Assembly: GCA_017534945.1 (NCBI GenBank)
Contig: JAFXVB010000013.1
Location: 10,640 to 74,639, forward strand
DNA: 64,000 nt
Direction: 5' to 3'
From: Alphaproteobacteria bacterium
GTDB taxonomy: Bacteria; Pseudomonadota; Alphaproteobacteria; Rs-D84
A program made the position numbers and the translations under genes. The notes under the pieces were generated by a model. The model did not search any database, was not told where the DNA came from, and saw only the letters and a list, made by a program, of their open reading frames with translations. Positions 28,290 through 37,017 of this stretch are shown here, in pieces. The number at the start of each line of letters is the position of its first letter. Position 1 is the stretch's first letter.

Positions 28290-29033
28290 TTGGGCTATAT
28301 GCGTAAATATGTTTTGTTGATTTCTTGTATTGTTTTTGTTGCGGCGTGTGACAAACATGACCCGATTTTGCCGGGCGTGCGTACCGCAATATTTGAACCA
28401 TCGGCAAAACAAAACATTATAAATACAGATGTTCCAAATTTGCCTGAAACTGCACCGACGCGTGTTGCTGTGGAATGTAATTATACAATTGACGCAACAA
28501 ACACGATTCGCGATGGCGACCGCAAAATTTTTGTTGGGTTCCCGGCACCAAATTCTGTGGATGTTGAAACGCATCCTGTATGCGATGGTGGCTATGTTTA
28601 TGCCGGATTAAATACTGGTAATGTGGTAAAGATTGCGCCAAAGACCCGCAATGTTATTTGGATGACGGATGTGTACAGTGAATCAAACATGATGGGTGGC
28701 GCGGCAACTGTGGATATTGTATCACCATTGGTTATTGATGGAACTTATATTTTTGTTGGTGGTATGGGTGATGCTTTTTGTAAAATAAACAAATCAAATG
28801 GTGTAAAAAAATGGTGTGCACCGATATCTACGCGATTGCCATTTATTGTATTGGATAATGTTGCGTATATAAATGGTTTGGATAATGCACTTTATGCTGT
28901 GCGTTTGACGGACGGCGCAATATATTGGCGCACAGACGGTGTAAAAAAACAGGTCGCACCAATATACGAAAATAAAATAATAAAGGTTAAAAAACAAAAA
29001 TTTGATGCATCAACTGGTATGGAATTAAAATAG
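28290..29033 (+). CDS. bamB: BamB-like PQQ-repeat beta-propeller lipoprotein (short, 247 aa)
   Basis: Lipobox VFVAAC and repeated G.VYA/..LYAV.. blade motifs. Synteny with the yfgM-like gene. Confidence 0.65.
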   Translation: MGYMRKYVLLISCIVFVAACDKHDPILPGVRTAIFEPSAKQNIINTDVPNLPETAPTRVAVECNYTIDATNTIRDGDRKIFVGFPAPNSVDVETHPVCDGGYVYAGLNTGNVVKIAPKTRNVIWMTDVYSESNMMGGAATVDIVSPLVIDGTYIFVGGMGDAFCKINKSNGVKKWCAPISTRLPFIVLDNVAYINGLDNALYAVRLTDGAIYWRTDGVKKQVAPIYENKIIKVKKQKFDASTGMELK

Positions 29034-29048
29034 GGAACCGACATAATT

Positions 29049-29387
29049 TTATGTCGGTTTTTTTAAATATGCATACAAAGAATTTGGTGTTTGAACCCAT
29101 ATATTTTTTATACCAATCGCACTTTTTACAAAATTCACACACGTCCATTTATGCGTATTTATATTGCACACCGGTATATCCATGTAAATAAAAATCCAAC
29201 CGTACGATGCCAGTTTGGAAATACCGCGTTTTGTGATGGCGATTTGTGTGACTTTATATGGCCTTACAAATTGATGCAAAACGAATTTATTTTTGCTTTT
29301 TGTAATAATGGCACAATGTTTAAGGCGTCCGCAAACCAATCGCACAAGTGTTTTTGATGTTGTGCATGAAAAGCCAATAATAACCAT
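29049..29387 (-). CDS. hypothetical protein (112 aa)
   Basis: ORF with an early His (LKHCAII) and a late Cys (WTCVNFVKS). This is reminiscent of a permuted NlpC/P60-type arrangement, but that is a weak impression only. Confidence 0.35.
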   Translation of the reverse strand: MVIIGFSCTTSKTLVRLVCGRLKHCAIITKSKNKFVLHQFVRPYKVTQIAITKRGISKLASYGWIFIYMDIPVCNINTHKWTCVNFVKSAIGIKNIWVQTPNSLYAYLKKPT

Positions 29388-29407
29388 TTTGAAATCCCCA
29401 GGTAAAT

Positions 29408-29755
29408 TTAATCAATCCAACCCTTTTTTCGTGCTGCATTTTCCAAGGTATTCATTGCACCATGCCATAAATATGCCGCATGATTTTCCGCCCAAATATA
29501 TTGGTGTGGTGCGCGTCTTTTATCACCAAATTTTTTCATAACCGCCAATTGTTCTTCGGTCAATTGTCCCGACAAATATAATTTAGTAATCAATGTTTCC
29601 ACATCCAATAATTCACAAACGCGTTTTGCACTGTTGTTGTGATTTTGTATAAATCCGGTTCGTACAGATTTAGAATATAAAAACCAAAACCACATTTGTT
29701 CTGCGGTGTGAAATTTTTCCGTATTACTTGCTATGATTTGTTGTGGTTCATTCAT
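29408..29755 (-). CDS. hypothetical protein (115 aa)
   Basis: ORF with its own upstream region after the virB10 terminator. LSGQLTEEQLAVMKKFG looks like a helix-turn-helix. Function unknown. Confidence 0.45.
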   Translation of the reverse strand: MNEPQQIIASNTEKFHTAEQMWFWFLYSKSVRTGFIQNHNNSAKRVCELLDVETLITKLYLSGQLTEEQLAVMKKFGDKRRAPHQYIWAENHAAYLWHGAMNTLENAARKKGWID

Positions 29756-29920
29756 TTTTTTTCTCCTTTGTTTTATATATTTTGTTATAAAAGAAAATAA
29801 ATGTATTTGCCAAATATTACAACCCGCGGTTGATTATCGAATCGAAAACTGGATTGTTTGTCAAATTTTTCCTATTATCGTTCGAATCGACAAATATGCT
29901 TATTTCCTTTGCACTTTTAT

Positions 29921-29960
29921 AAAAAAAAGCACACATCACATGATGTGTGCATCTTTTTTT
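29921..29960 (-). terminator. rho-independent terminator of the virB8-9-10 operon
   Basis: GCACACATCA-CA-TGATGTGTGC palindrome (29929-29950) followed on the minus strand by T8. It lies 13-50 nt downstream of the virB10 stop. Confidence 0.8.
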
Positions 29961-29972
29961 ATTTCCGCACCG

Positions 29973-32435
29973 TCAGTTCATATCCAACGGCGGGAAACAA
30001 TCGCCACCACCGTCTGGGCAACAATTGAATCCTTGGTCGCCCATATCGGTATATGTTTCACCTGGACAGCATCCGTATTGATCAGGGGCCTGACCATCAC
30101 AATCCAAACTGCCCACGGGTTCTGGAACTATCGCTGTCGGTTTTTCAAACGGATTTTTGATAATGCCGGTATCATTACCTTCATCATCTTTTTCATATTC
30201 TAAGCCTAAAACATTTTTGTTAAATTCATCAGAATATATTGTATTGATTTTTCCAGAATCATCTTGTTCAACTGTATTGCTATATTTGGCATTTGTTGTT
30301 TTATTTTGATAATACGCATCGTATTTAGCCTGGTTTTTGGCTTGATAATTCTGCGCCTGACAATATCCCAATACAGTTCTGTAATCATAACCCGCCGCCG
30401 CAATCCGTTGCAAAGTTGCTTCGTCATTTTTCACAGTCCACACATTATTTTTCTGTTCACAATATTGCGCTAAATTAAATCCACGTGTTTGACCAGTCCA
30501 AGAAGAATCAGTGTTTTTAATTTCCAAACCACTGTTTTCTTGGATGTCGGACCATTTACGCCGGCTTTCACTACCATATGTATGAAATGCACATTTTTTA
30601 CCAGCATTAGGATTGGTTTTTTCGCCATCTGCATCATCGCCACATGTCGCAATTAAGTCAACCGGTGAATACACCGTTATACGTGTTCCCGCCGCAATTG
30701 AAAATGGCGGAACTGTATTATCCAATGCATCAACAATCAATTTCTGGGCAACTTGGTTCCATGCAGAAATAACCTCGTTCTTGGCCAGTTCCGAAGAACG
30801 TACAGTTCCTGATTGAACAACCGTATTATTATCCAAATCAATTTGATTTACAAAAGTATCCGCAATTGGTGCAATCATATTCACCGCCGCCGGAATCATC
30901 GCCGTCAACAAAGGCATAACCATTTGTTCAATATAATCAGTGCTGCCGTATCCTGGAACACCAACGCGCCCCTGGGAATCGGCCGAGTATGGCGATTGAC
31001 CGTCGCTGGCAAAATTAAATTCAACGCCATCTGGACGAATAAATTGATACCATTTAATCTTCATACGACCAATTGTTTTATATGGCCCCGGCAATTCGCC
31101 AGTCAAATATCCCATCAACAAAGTTCCAGTTGGTATAATAACAGTACGTCCATTATCTGAATAAACATTTCTATCAACCGTCGCACGCACAGGAATACCT
31201 GTACCGCCGTCGCATTTTCCTGTTTCTATATTGCATCCATAAACCGATGGATCTGCACGAACTTCGGATACAATTGTTGCCGGAATAGGCTTAAATTGAC
31301 GCAATATAAATGTTCTGTCGTATGGGCGACTGGAATAAACCGCTTCGCCTTCTGGGGCGGTTCCTTCCAAAGCTTTTTTATCAAAAGTATTTTTTACAAA
31401 ATTAAGCAATCCTTTATCTTCGCGTGGTTTCATTGTTGCGCGTAAATTTCCCATGCCGGCGGGTTCGCTGCTTTCAGCCCCAGATGCGCGGTTACCAATC
31501 GCGCCCGGTTTTGATTTTAATTTTGGTAAAGTATTTACATCAACCGTTCCGCCTAAATGGTCTGCATCTGTTCCAATTTTTTTACCTTTGCCATCAATAC
31601 TGGTAATTATACCGGTGTCTGGATTGTAAATTCCGGTTGGATTATTGCAATCTTTATCGGCAAAAGGATGAAATTCATAACGTCCATCTTTTGGTTTTAT
31701 CCAACCAATTTGTGCACCCGAAGGACTGTATCCTGGCATCGCAAAATCAGAACATTTTTCTGGTGCCTTTTTGCGTGGTGCCACCGATTCAATCGGTTTT
31801 TCTGGTTCGTCAAAAATATTTTTTTCCGCACCGATAATTGGTTCCGGTTCTGGTTCAGGTTCGAAAACAGGTTCTGGTTCCGGTATTATCACTGGTTCTG
31901 GGATTGGTTCTGGAATTGGTTCTGGTTTAACAACGGCGGCTTTGGCACTAACTGGGATAACAATATTCGCCGTTTTTTGATTTACATCGCGTGCCTCGCC
32001 TTTGTCGTGCCATTTTACAACCAAAGTCACATCCCCAGCATTATCAGTACTACCCGGGACAAATGTTGCATCAATCACACATGGAATATCTTTATTAATA
32101 TTTGCATTTGAACATGTTGATTTGATTGAAAAACCATCCACAGAATCTTTTACCGTCACAGATTCCACAATTGCGGCAAATGTCGCCTTGACCGTAAATT
32201 TCTGCTTTGCCTTGGTCCCGATTTGTGTGTCAGAAAAATTAGCAGTTTTTGGTTCGATAATCAATTGAACATCACGATTTGGTTCAATTGGTGCCGCGAC
32301 TTGTTTTGGTTTGCTCAACAACAAAAACAACAAAACCAGCACAACAATAAACGCCGCAATCAAAAGTATCCAACGAACAGCCTTTGGTGTTGCGTTTAAT
32401 GTTTCTCTTAATTTATCTTTTATTTTATTTGCCAT
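29973..32435 (-). CDS. virB10: VirB10/TrbI-family T4SS protein, expanded (820 aa)
   Basis: N-terminal TM (aa 21-40) and a Pro-rich PEPIPEPIPEPVIIPEPEPVFEPEPEPEP. VirB10 core at about aa 370-595 (IPATIVSEV..., IIPTGTLLMGYLTGELPG, RMKIKWYQFIRPDG, ITVYSPVDL). It directly follows virB8-virB9. Confidence 0.85.
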   Translation of the reverse strand: MANKIKDKLRETLNATPKAVRWILLIAAFIVVLVLLFLLLSKPKQVAAPIEPNRDVQLIIEPKTANFSDTQIGTKAKQKFTVKATFAAIVESVTVKDSVDGFSIKSTCSNANINKDIPCVIDATFVPGSTDNAGDVTLVVKWHDKGEARDVNQKTANIVIPVSAKAAVVKPEPIPEPIPEPVIIPEPEPVFEPEPEPEPIIGAEKNIFDEPEKPIESVAPRKKAPEKCSDFAMPGYSPSGAQIGWIKPKDGRYEFHPFADKDCNNPTGIYNPDTGIITSIDGKGKKIGTDADHLGGTVDVNTLPKLKSKPGAIGNRASGAESSEPAGMGNLRATMKPREDKGLLNFVKNTFDKKALEGTAPEGEAVYSSRPYDRTFILRQFKPIPATIVSEVRADPSVYGCNIETGKCDGGTGIPVRATVDRNVYSDNGRTVIIPTGTLLMGYLTGELPGPYKTIGRMKIKWYQFIRPDGVEFNFASDGQSPYSADSQGRVGVPGYGSTDYIEQMVMPLLTAMIPAAVNMIAPIADTFVNQIDLDNNTVVQSGTVRSSELAKNEVISAWNQVAQKLIVDALDNTVPPFSIAAGTRITVYSPVDLIATCGDDADGEKTNPNAGKKCAFHTYGSESRRKWSDIQENSGLEIKNTDSSWTGQTRGFNLAQYCEQKNNVWTVKNDEATLQRIAAAGYDYRTVLGYCQAQNYQAKNQAKYDAYYQNKTTNAKYSNTVEQDDSGKINTIYSDEFNKNVLGLEYEKDDEGNDTGIIKNPFEKPTAIVPEPVGSLDCDGQAPDQYGCCPGETYTDMGDQGFNCCPDGGGDCFPPLDMN

Positions 32436-32465
32436 ATTTTTCTATCCTATATACACAAATTTAGA

Positions 32466-33986
32466 TTACTGAATTCTTACCACGCGACATCCCGATACTT
32501 GGAACTTCATCAATTTGTCGCAAAGTGTTTGTGCGGTATCAATATCAGCAATCGGTCCAATACGTAAACGATATAATGTGGCCGAAGATGCACCGGTACC
32601 CAAATCACCAACACCGGTTGAATCAACCGCATAAAACACACTGTTTTGATATGGTGTCAAAAGTCCGCTGCCAGAATCACCTGTAAATTTATTTAACAAT
32701 TCTGCCCAATAATCATCCAAAGCCTTTACCGAAGTATCGGATGCCAATTCAACCGCAACACCGGCTTGATTAGATGTAATCAACGGAATATTTGATTGTG
32801 GTAAATATGCACCGGCTGTTTCACGTTTTGTTGGAATCATGGAAACACCATTGCCGGTCGTACCAATTGTGCCGGTATTTTGCATCATTGGAACCCCATA
32901 ACCCGCCGGCATATAAACCCCGGTTCCCATTGGATTATTTGTATCACCGATATACATTGGTGTTGAACCATACAAAGATGCATCATTAATTGCCGCCATA
33001 TCTGCACTGTATGCGATATTATTCAAAGATTGGTTGGACATCATGCTTTGTGCAACATTTGCCTCGGCCAATGCCATAACAGAGGCAGTATCCGCAATCA
33101 AGAACGGTTTTTCGCGTTTTTTGATACATACAATGCGTTGACCACTGCGCAATACCATATCACCAACGGCTTCTACAATCAATAAACGACCGTCTTGTCC
33201 ATCTGTGCGAAATCCCACAGGGGATTCACCACCTTCAATTAACAAAGATACAACCGGACGTTGTGTCATTGCGATAACTTTGTCGCCAAAGTCAATATAT
33301 GTAAATACCTTGTCGCGCCACACACGTTCTGGGGCAATAACATAATCGTCTGGGTTTGGAACAAATATATCTAAATCAAATCTAAATTCAGACGGATCAA
33401 TTTTCATAGATTTTATCCATGCGTAATCTTCGCCATCAACACCCACAGTACTTGTTGTTGGTGTGGATTTCTTGAATATAGAATTCATACCACCCGATGT
33501 TCTGGCGGTTGTTGCGCCCGCATTTCCAACAGTTGCGCCATTGTCCAAAACAACATCAACCTGGGAATAAGAAATTTCTGCATCATTAACAAGTCCGGAA
33601 CTGGTCAAATAAAAGATATATTTATTACCTGATTGTCCGGTCACAATCATATTTGTATCAGATTCATTACCCGACATAGGTGTAATATAAAAAGTTTTAT
33701 CACCTTGGGTTGCTTCAATTTGGAACAAGGATTGATCACCGACAACCGCGTCTGCGATTTGTTCACCATTTGGTAATGTCACCATGGTTACCATACCGTT
33801 GCGCAATTTTAATGGTAATACCGAACCTGGCGCCCAAGATAATTGTGCATAACCTGGCTTACTGCTACCTGCGGCCATGTTTGCGGTTGGGTTTTCCCAC
33901 GCCTTTTGAATTGCGGCGGTGGCAACATTAATCGACGACAACACCAACAAACATACCAAACCATTTATTTTTAACAACTTTAACAT
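32466..33986 (-). CDS. virB9: VirB9/TrbG(CagX)-family T4SS protein with C-terminal SPOR-like domain (506 aa)
   Basis: Signal peptide. N-domain AVVGDQSLFQIEA...TNMIVTGQSGNKYIFYLTS. C-domain VFTYIDFGDK...PVVSLLIEGGESPVGFR...LRSGQRIVCIKK. A Met/Gly/Asn-rich linker follows, then VAVELASDTS...LYRLRIGPIADIDTAQTLCDKL...GCRVV. Confidence 0.85.
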   Translation of the reverse strand: MLKLLKINGLVCLLVLSSINVATAAIQKAWENPTANMAAGSSKPGYAQLSWAPGSVLPLKLRNGMVTMVTLPNGEQIADAVVGDQSLFQIEATQGDKTFYITPMSGNESDTNMIVTGQSGNKYIFYLTSSGLVNDAEISYSQVDVVLDNGATVGNAGATTARTSGGMNSIFKKSTPTTSTVGVDGEDYAWIKSMKIDPSEFRFDLDIFVPNPDDYVIAPERVWRDKVFTYIDFGDKVIAMTQRPVVSLLIEGGESPVGFRTDGQDGRLLIVEAVGDMVLRSGQRIVCIKKREKPFLIADTASVMALAEANVAQSMMSNQSLNNIAYSADMAAINDASLYGSTPMYIGDTNNPMGTGVYMPAGYGVPMMQNTGTIGTTGNGVSMIPTKRETAGAYLPQSNIPLITSNQAGVAVELASDTSVKALDDYWAELLNKFTGDSGSGLLTPYQNSVFYAVDSTGVGDLGTGASSATLYRLRIGPIADIDTAQTLCDKLMKFQVSGCRVVRIQ

Positions 33987-34010
33987 AGTTTCCTTCCTTT
34001 GTTTCTTTTA

Positions 34011-34688
34011 TTACTCTACCTCGGTCCAATTCAGCGGGTCTTTATCTCCCTTTATAATTTCATAGCCACTGACCCGCACGCCCAATGGGTTTTCCATGCG
34101 TTCAGCCCACCGAATAGAATTTTGTGCCGTTGTTTCCAAAGTGACATCAATAACAAATTCTTGGATATATTCTTGATCACCCAAGAAACCATCGCGACAC
34201 TTATATGCAAATTTCACAGTATATGTATCATTTGTTCCAACCTTTAACACGACCGGATAATTTTGATGAAATTCAACATCGCACGTGATGTTAAAAGCCT
34301 CATCTAAATCTTGATTTACGATATTTACCATATCGGTCAGCAAGAACTTACCGAACACAGCATCGGTTGAACGTGTTTTTATAATACCGTCATCACCCAT
34401 CGACCATCGTGCACGCATAATTGCCAAATCAGGTACAATTTCGTTCCTTTGCCGTACATAATCTTTTACAAATTCGACCCGATATTTGGCTAAATCCTCT
34501 GGAATTTTAGTCAATGTTAATTCTTTATCCGCCATGTTTTCGGTGGTCAAAAAGAACACTTGGGGCCGATTAAGCGGGAACATTTTATCCAATGTGACAA
34601 CCAATACAACCAACACAACCAACGCCGTTGCCATAACAAAGGTCATAAGTCTGGATATCAAAATTGGCGGTTCTATGCGTTCTTGCAA
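34011..34688 (-). CDS. virB8: VirB8-family T4SS protein
   Basis: Single TM (FVMATALVVLVVLVVTL), an NTF2-like periplasmic domain and the NPLGVRVSGY motif (VirB8 NPxG signature). I prefer the TTG at 34688, which has a strong AAGGGGGAG SD 7 nt upstream. The longest ATG ORF would start at 34790. Confidence 0.8.
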   Translation of the reverse strand: MQERIEPPILISRLMTFVMATALVVLVVLVVTLDKMFPLNRPQVFFLTTENMADKELTLTKIPEDLAKYRVEFVKDYVRQRNEIVPDLAIMRARWSMGDDGIIKTRSTDAVFGKFLLTDMVNIVNQDLDEAFNITCDVEFHQNYPVVLKVGTNDTYTVKFAYKCRDGFLGDQEYIQEFVIDVTLETTAQNSIRWAERMENPLGVRVSGYEIIKGDKDPLNWTEVE

Positions 34689-34945
34689 AGGTTTTCTCCC
34701 CCTTTTATAAATTGATTGTAGACAAAATATAAACCCATGCGCAAGTAAAAAAGTGATAAAATTTATGTTTGAAATAAAAATATTTATCAAATATCAAAAT
34801 CTCGCTGTAATGAAATGAAAGCGGATGAAAAAATACTTGCGCAAAAATAATTAAATATTTATAATACTTTTCGCTTGATTTTTGCCTGGGGTGTGCTAAC
34901 CTTGGCAAGAATATTGGTTATTACGCGTAAAAACAAGGGGTTCAC

Positions 34946-35019
34946 AGGGGCTTAGTTCAACGGTAGAATATCGGTCTCCAAAACCGCGGATAAGGGTTCG
35001 ATTCCTTTAGCCCCTGCCA
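34946..35019 (+). tRNA. trnW: tRNA-Trp (anticodon CCA)
   Basis: I folded the cloverleaf by hand. Acceptor AGGGGCT/AGCCCCT, anticodon loop CTCCAAA, T-loop TTCGATT, encoded CCA. This is the classic position upstream of secE-nusG. Confidence 0.95.
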
Positions 35020-35036
35020 ATAACTGATATTTAACA

Positions 35037-35237
35037 TTGAAAAAAAGTGGACGCTTTATGAAAAAAATATTTGAATACATAAAATCTGTACGCAGCGAAT
35101 GGTTTAAAATTGTTTGGCCATCACGTGACACTGTTGTTCGTTCGACGATTATGATTTTGGTTTTTTCCGGATTGGCGGCTCTCTTTTTCTTTGTTATAGA
35201 TAGTATTTTAAACACACTTGTAAACTGGATTTTCTAA
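35037..35237 (+). CDS. secE: preprotein translocase subunit SecE
   Basis: 66 aa with VRSEWFKIVWPSRDTVVRSTIMILVF and a single TM. Synteny supports the call (alternative start 35058). Confidence 0.9.
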   Translation: MKKSGRFMKKIFEYIKSVRSEWFKIVWPSRDTVVRSTIMILVFSGLAALFFFVIDSILNTLVNWIF

Positions 35238-35264
35238 AATAAAAACACCAAAGGATGTACGACA

Positions 35265-35798
35265 ATGGAAGATAAAATGCAGTGGTTTGTTGTAAATGTT
35301 CATACTGGATGTGAAGACAAAGTTGCGCGTAATTTGCGTGAACAGATTGATAAGCGTCGTCTTAACGCATATTTTGGTGAAATATTGGTTCCAACACGTG
35401 AAGTTGCAGAAATCAAAGGTGGCAAGCGTGTTATTTCTGAAAAAAAGTTTTTCCCTGGATATATCGTTGTTCAAATGGTGTTAAACAATGAAACTTTTTC
35501 ATTGATTAAATTAATGCCATTGGTTGTTATGTTCCTTGGGGCAAAAAATAAACCAATCCCGGTCAGCGAAGCCGAAGCACGCCGTTTGTTGAAACAGGTC
35601 GAAGAAGGTTCAATTGTTCCCGAAGATATTACATACGAAGTTGGTCAAGAGGTTCATGTTATTGACGGACCTTTCTCTGGCTTTAACGGTGTTATTTCCG
35701 AAGTTGATAATGTGAAACAGAAAATGAACGTGACGGTTTTGGTGTTTGGTCGTGAAACCGCGATGGAACTTGATTTTAGTCAAGTTGAAAGAGTTTAG
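35265..35798 (+). CDS. nusG: transcription termination/antitermination factor NusG
   Basis: WFVVNVHTGCEDKV NGN domain and a C-terminal KOW (VHVIDGPFSGFNGVI). Confidence 0.95.
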   Translation: MEDKMQWFVVNVHTGCEDKVARNLREQIDKRRLNAYFGEILVPTREVAEIKGGKRVISEKKFFPGYIVVQMVLNNETFSLIKLMPLVVMFLGAKNKPIPVSEAEARRLLKQVEEGSIVPEDITYEVGQEVHVIDGPFSGFNGVISEVDNVKQKMNVTVLVFGRETAMELDFSQVERV

Positions 35799-35888
35799 TT
35801 TGGGCATTCCAAACTGAAAAACAAACCCGTGGCAGATACGCCATATCGTACCACGGAAATTACTTTAATAAAAAAGAGGTAAAACAAA

Positions 35889-36320
35889 ATGGCAAAAAAA
35901 GAAGTCAAAGGGATTGTGAAACTTGTCGTCCCTGCAAAACAAGCAAACCCAGCACCACCAATTGGTCCTGCATTGGGTGCGGCGGGTGTTAATATCGCCG
36001 AATTCTGTAAACAATTTAATGACAAAACAGCCGATAAAGAACCTGGAATGCCAATTCCATGCATTATCACTGTTTATACAGATCGCAGTTTCGAATTCAT
36101 TATGAAATTGCCACCTGTGTCATATTTTATCAAAAAAGCATTAAAGTTGAAATCTGGTTCACACAAACCTGGTCGTGAATTTGTCGGGACTTTGAATCGT
36201 GACCAAATTAAACAAATTGCTGAAAGCAAAATGCCTGACTTGAATTGCTCTACCATTGAATCTGCTATGAATATTGTTGCGGGTCAATGCCGTTCTATGG
36301 GCGTAAAGGTGGAGGATTAA
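35889..36320 (+). CDS. rplK: 50S ribosomal protein L11
   Basis: [20 protein letters not shown] signature. Confidence 0.97.
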   Translation: MAKKEVKGIVKLVVPAKQANPAPPIGPALGAAGVNIAEFCKQFNDKTADKEPGMPIPCIITVYTDRSFEFIMKLPPVSYFIKKALKLKSGSHKPGREFVGTLNRDQIKQIAESKMPDLNCSTIESAMNIVAGQCRSMGVKVED

Positions 36321-36322
36321 TC

Positions 36323-37000
36323 ATGAAACAGACAAAAAGACAAAAACAATTGGCCAAAGCATTGGACAAAGAAAAAGTTTATTCTATCGCTGATGCGGTT
36401 GAAACATTGCGTCCACATTGTTCCGCAAAATTCGATGAAACTTTGGAAATTGCTGTGCGTTTGGGTATTGATGTAACCAAAAACGACCAAAACATTCGCG
36501 GCATGTTGTCTTTACCAAATGGTACTGGCAAAACGGTTCGCGTTGCTGTGTTCACTGAAAACAGTCAAGACGAAGCCAAGAAAGCCGGCGCAGATGTCGT
36601 CGGTGGCGAAGATTTGATTGCCAAAGTGGCCGAAGGCAATGTGGATTTCGATCGTGTTATTGCGACACCTGATATGATGCCAAAAATGTCCAAGGTTGCA
36701 CGTGTGTTGGGACCAAAGGGTTTGATGCCAAACCCAAAATTGGGTACGGTCACAACAAATGTTGCCGAAGCGGTTAAAACAGCCAAGGCTGGACAAATTG
36801 AATATCGTGCGGATAAAAATGGAATTATCCACGCTGGTATTGGAAAAATGTCCTTTGCAACTGACAAATTGGTTGAAAACGCAAATGCTTTGATTGACCA
36901 ATTAAAGAAAGTTAAACCTGCATCATCCAAAGGTCAATATATCTTGGGATGCAGCATTGCAACAACCCAAGGGCCTGGCCTGAAAGTTGAAGCAAAATAA
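36323..37000 (+). CDS. rplA: 50S ribosomal protein L1
   Basis: Start at MKQTKRQKQ with a GGAGG SD. The ORF-track start at 36287 overlaps rplK. The L1 sequence is typical throughout. Confidence 0.97.
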   Translation: MKQTKRQKQLAKALDKEKVYSIADAVETLRPHCSAKFDETLEIAVRLGIDVTKNDQNIRGMLSLPNGTGKTVRVAVFTENSQDEAKKAGADVVGGEDLIAKVAEGNVDFDRVIATPDMMPKMSKVARVLGPKGLMPNPKLGTVTTNVAEAVKTAKAGQIEYRADKNGIIHAGIGKMSFATDKLVENANALIDQLKKVKPASSKGQYILGCSIATTQGPGLKVEAK

Positions 37001-37017
37001 GATTTCAAGGTTTACAT

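Noticed and set aside
29034-29972. Search for virB11/virD4 downstream of virB10
   Set aside because: This interval holds only two small ORFs (112 and 115 aa) without Walker motifs, so no ATPase gene is present here.
31557-32111. Plus-strand ORFs with WFRFWF and GSGSGS strings (31557..32111, 31771..31980)
   Set aside because: They are a reverse-complement artefact of the PEPEPE-coding repeat of virB10.
34952-35215. 87-aa minus-strand ORF
   Set aside because: It runs through tRNA-Trp and is antisense to secE.
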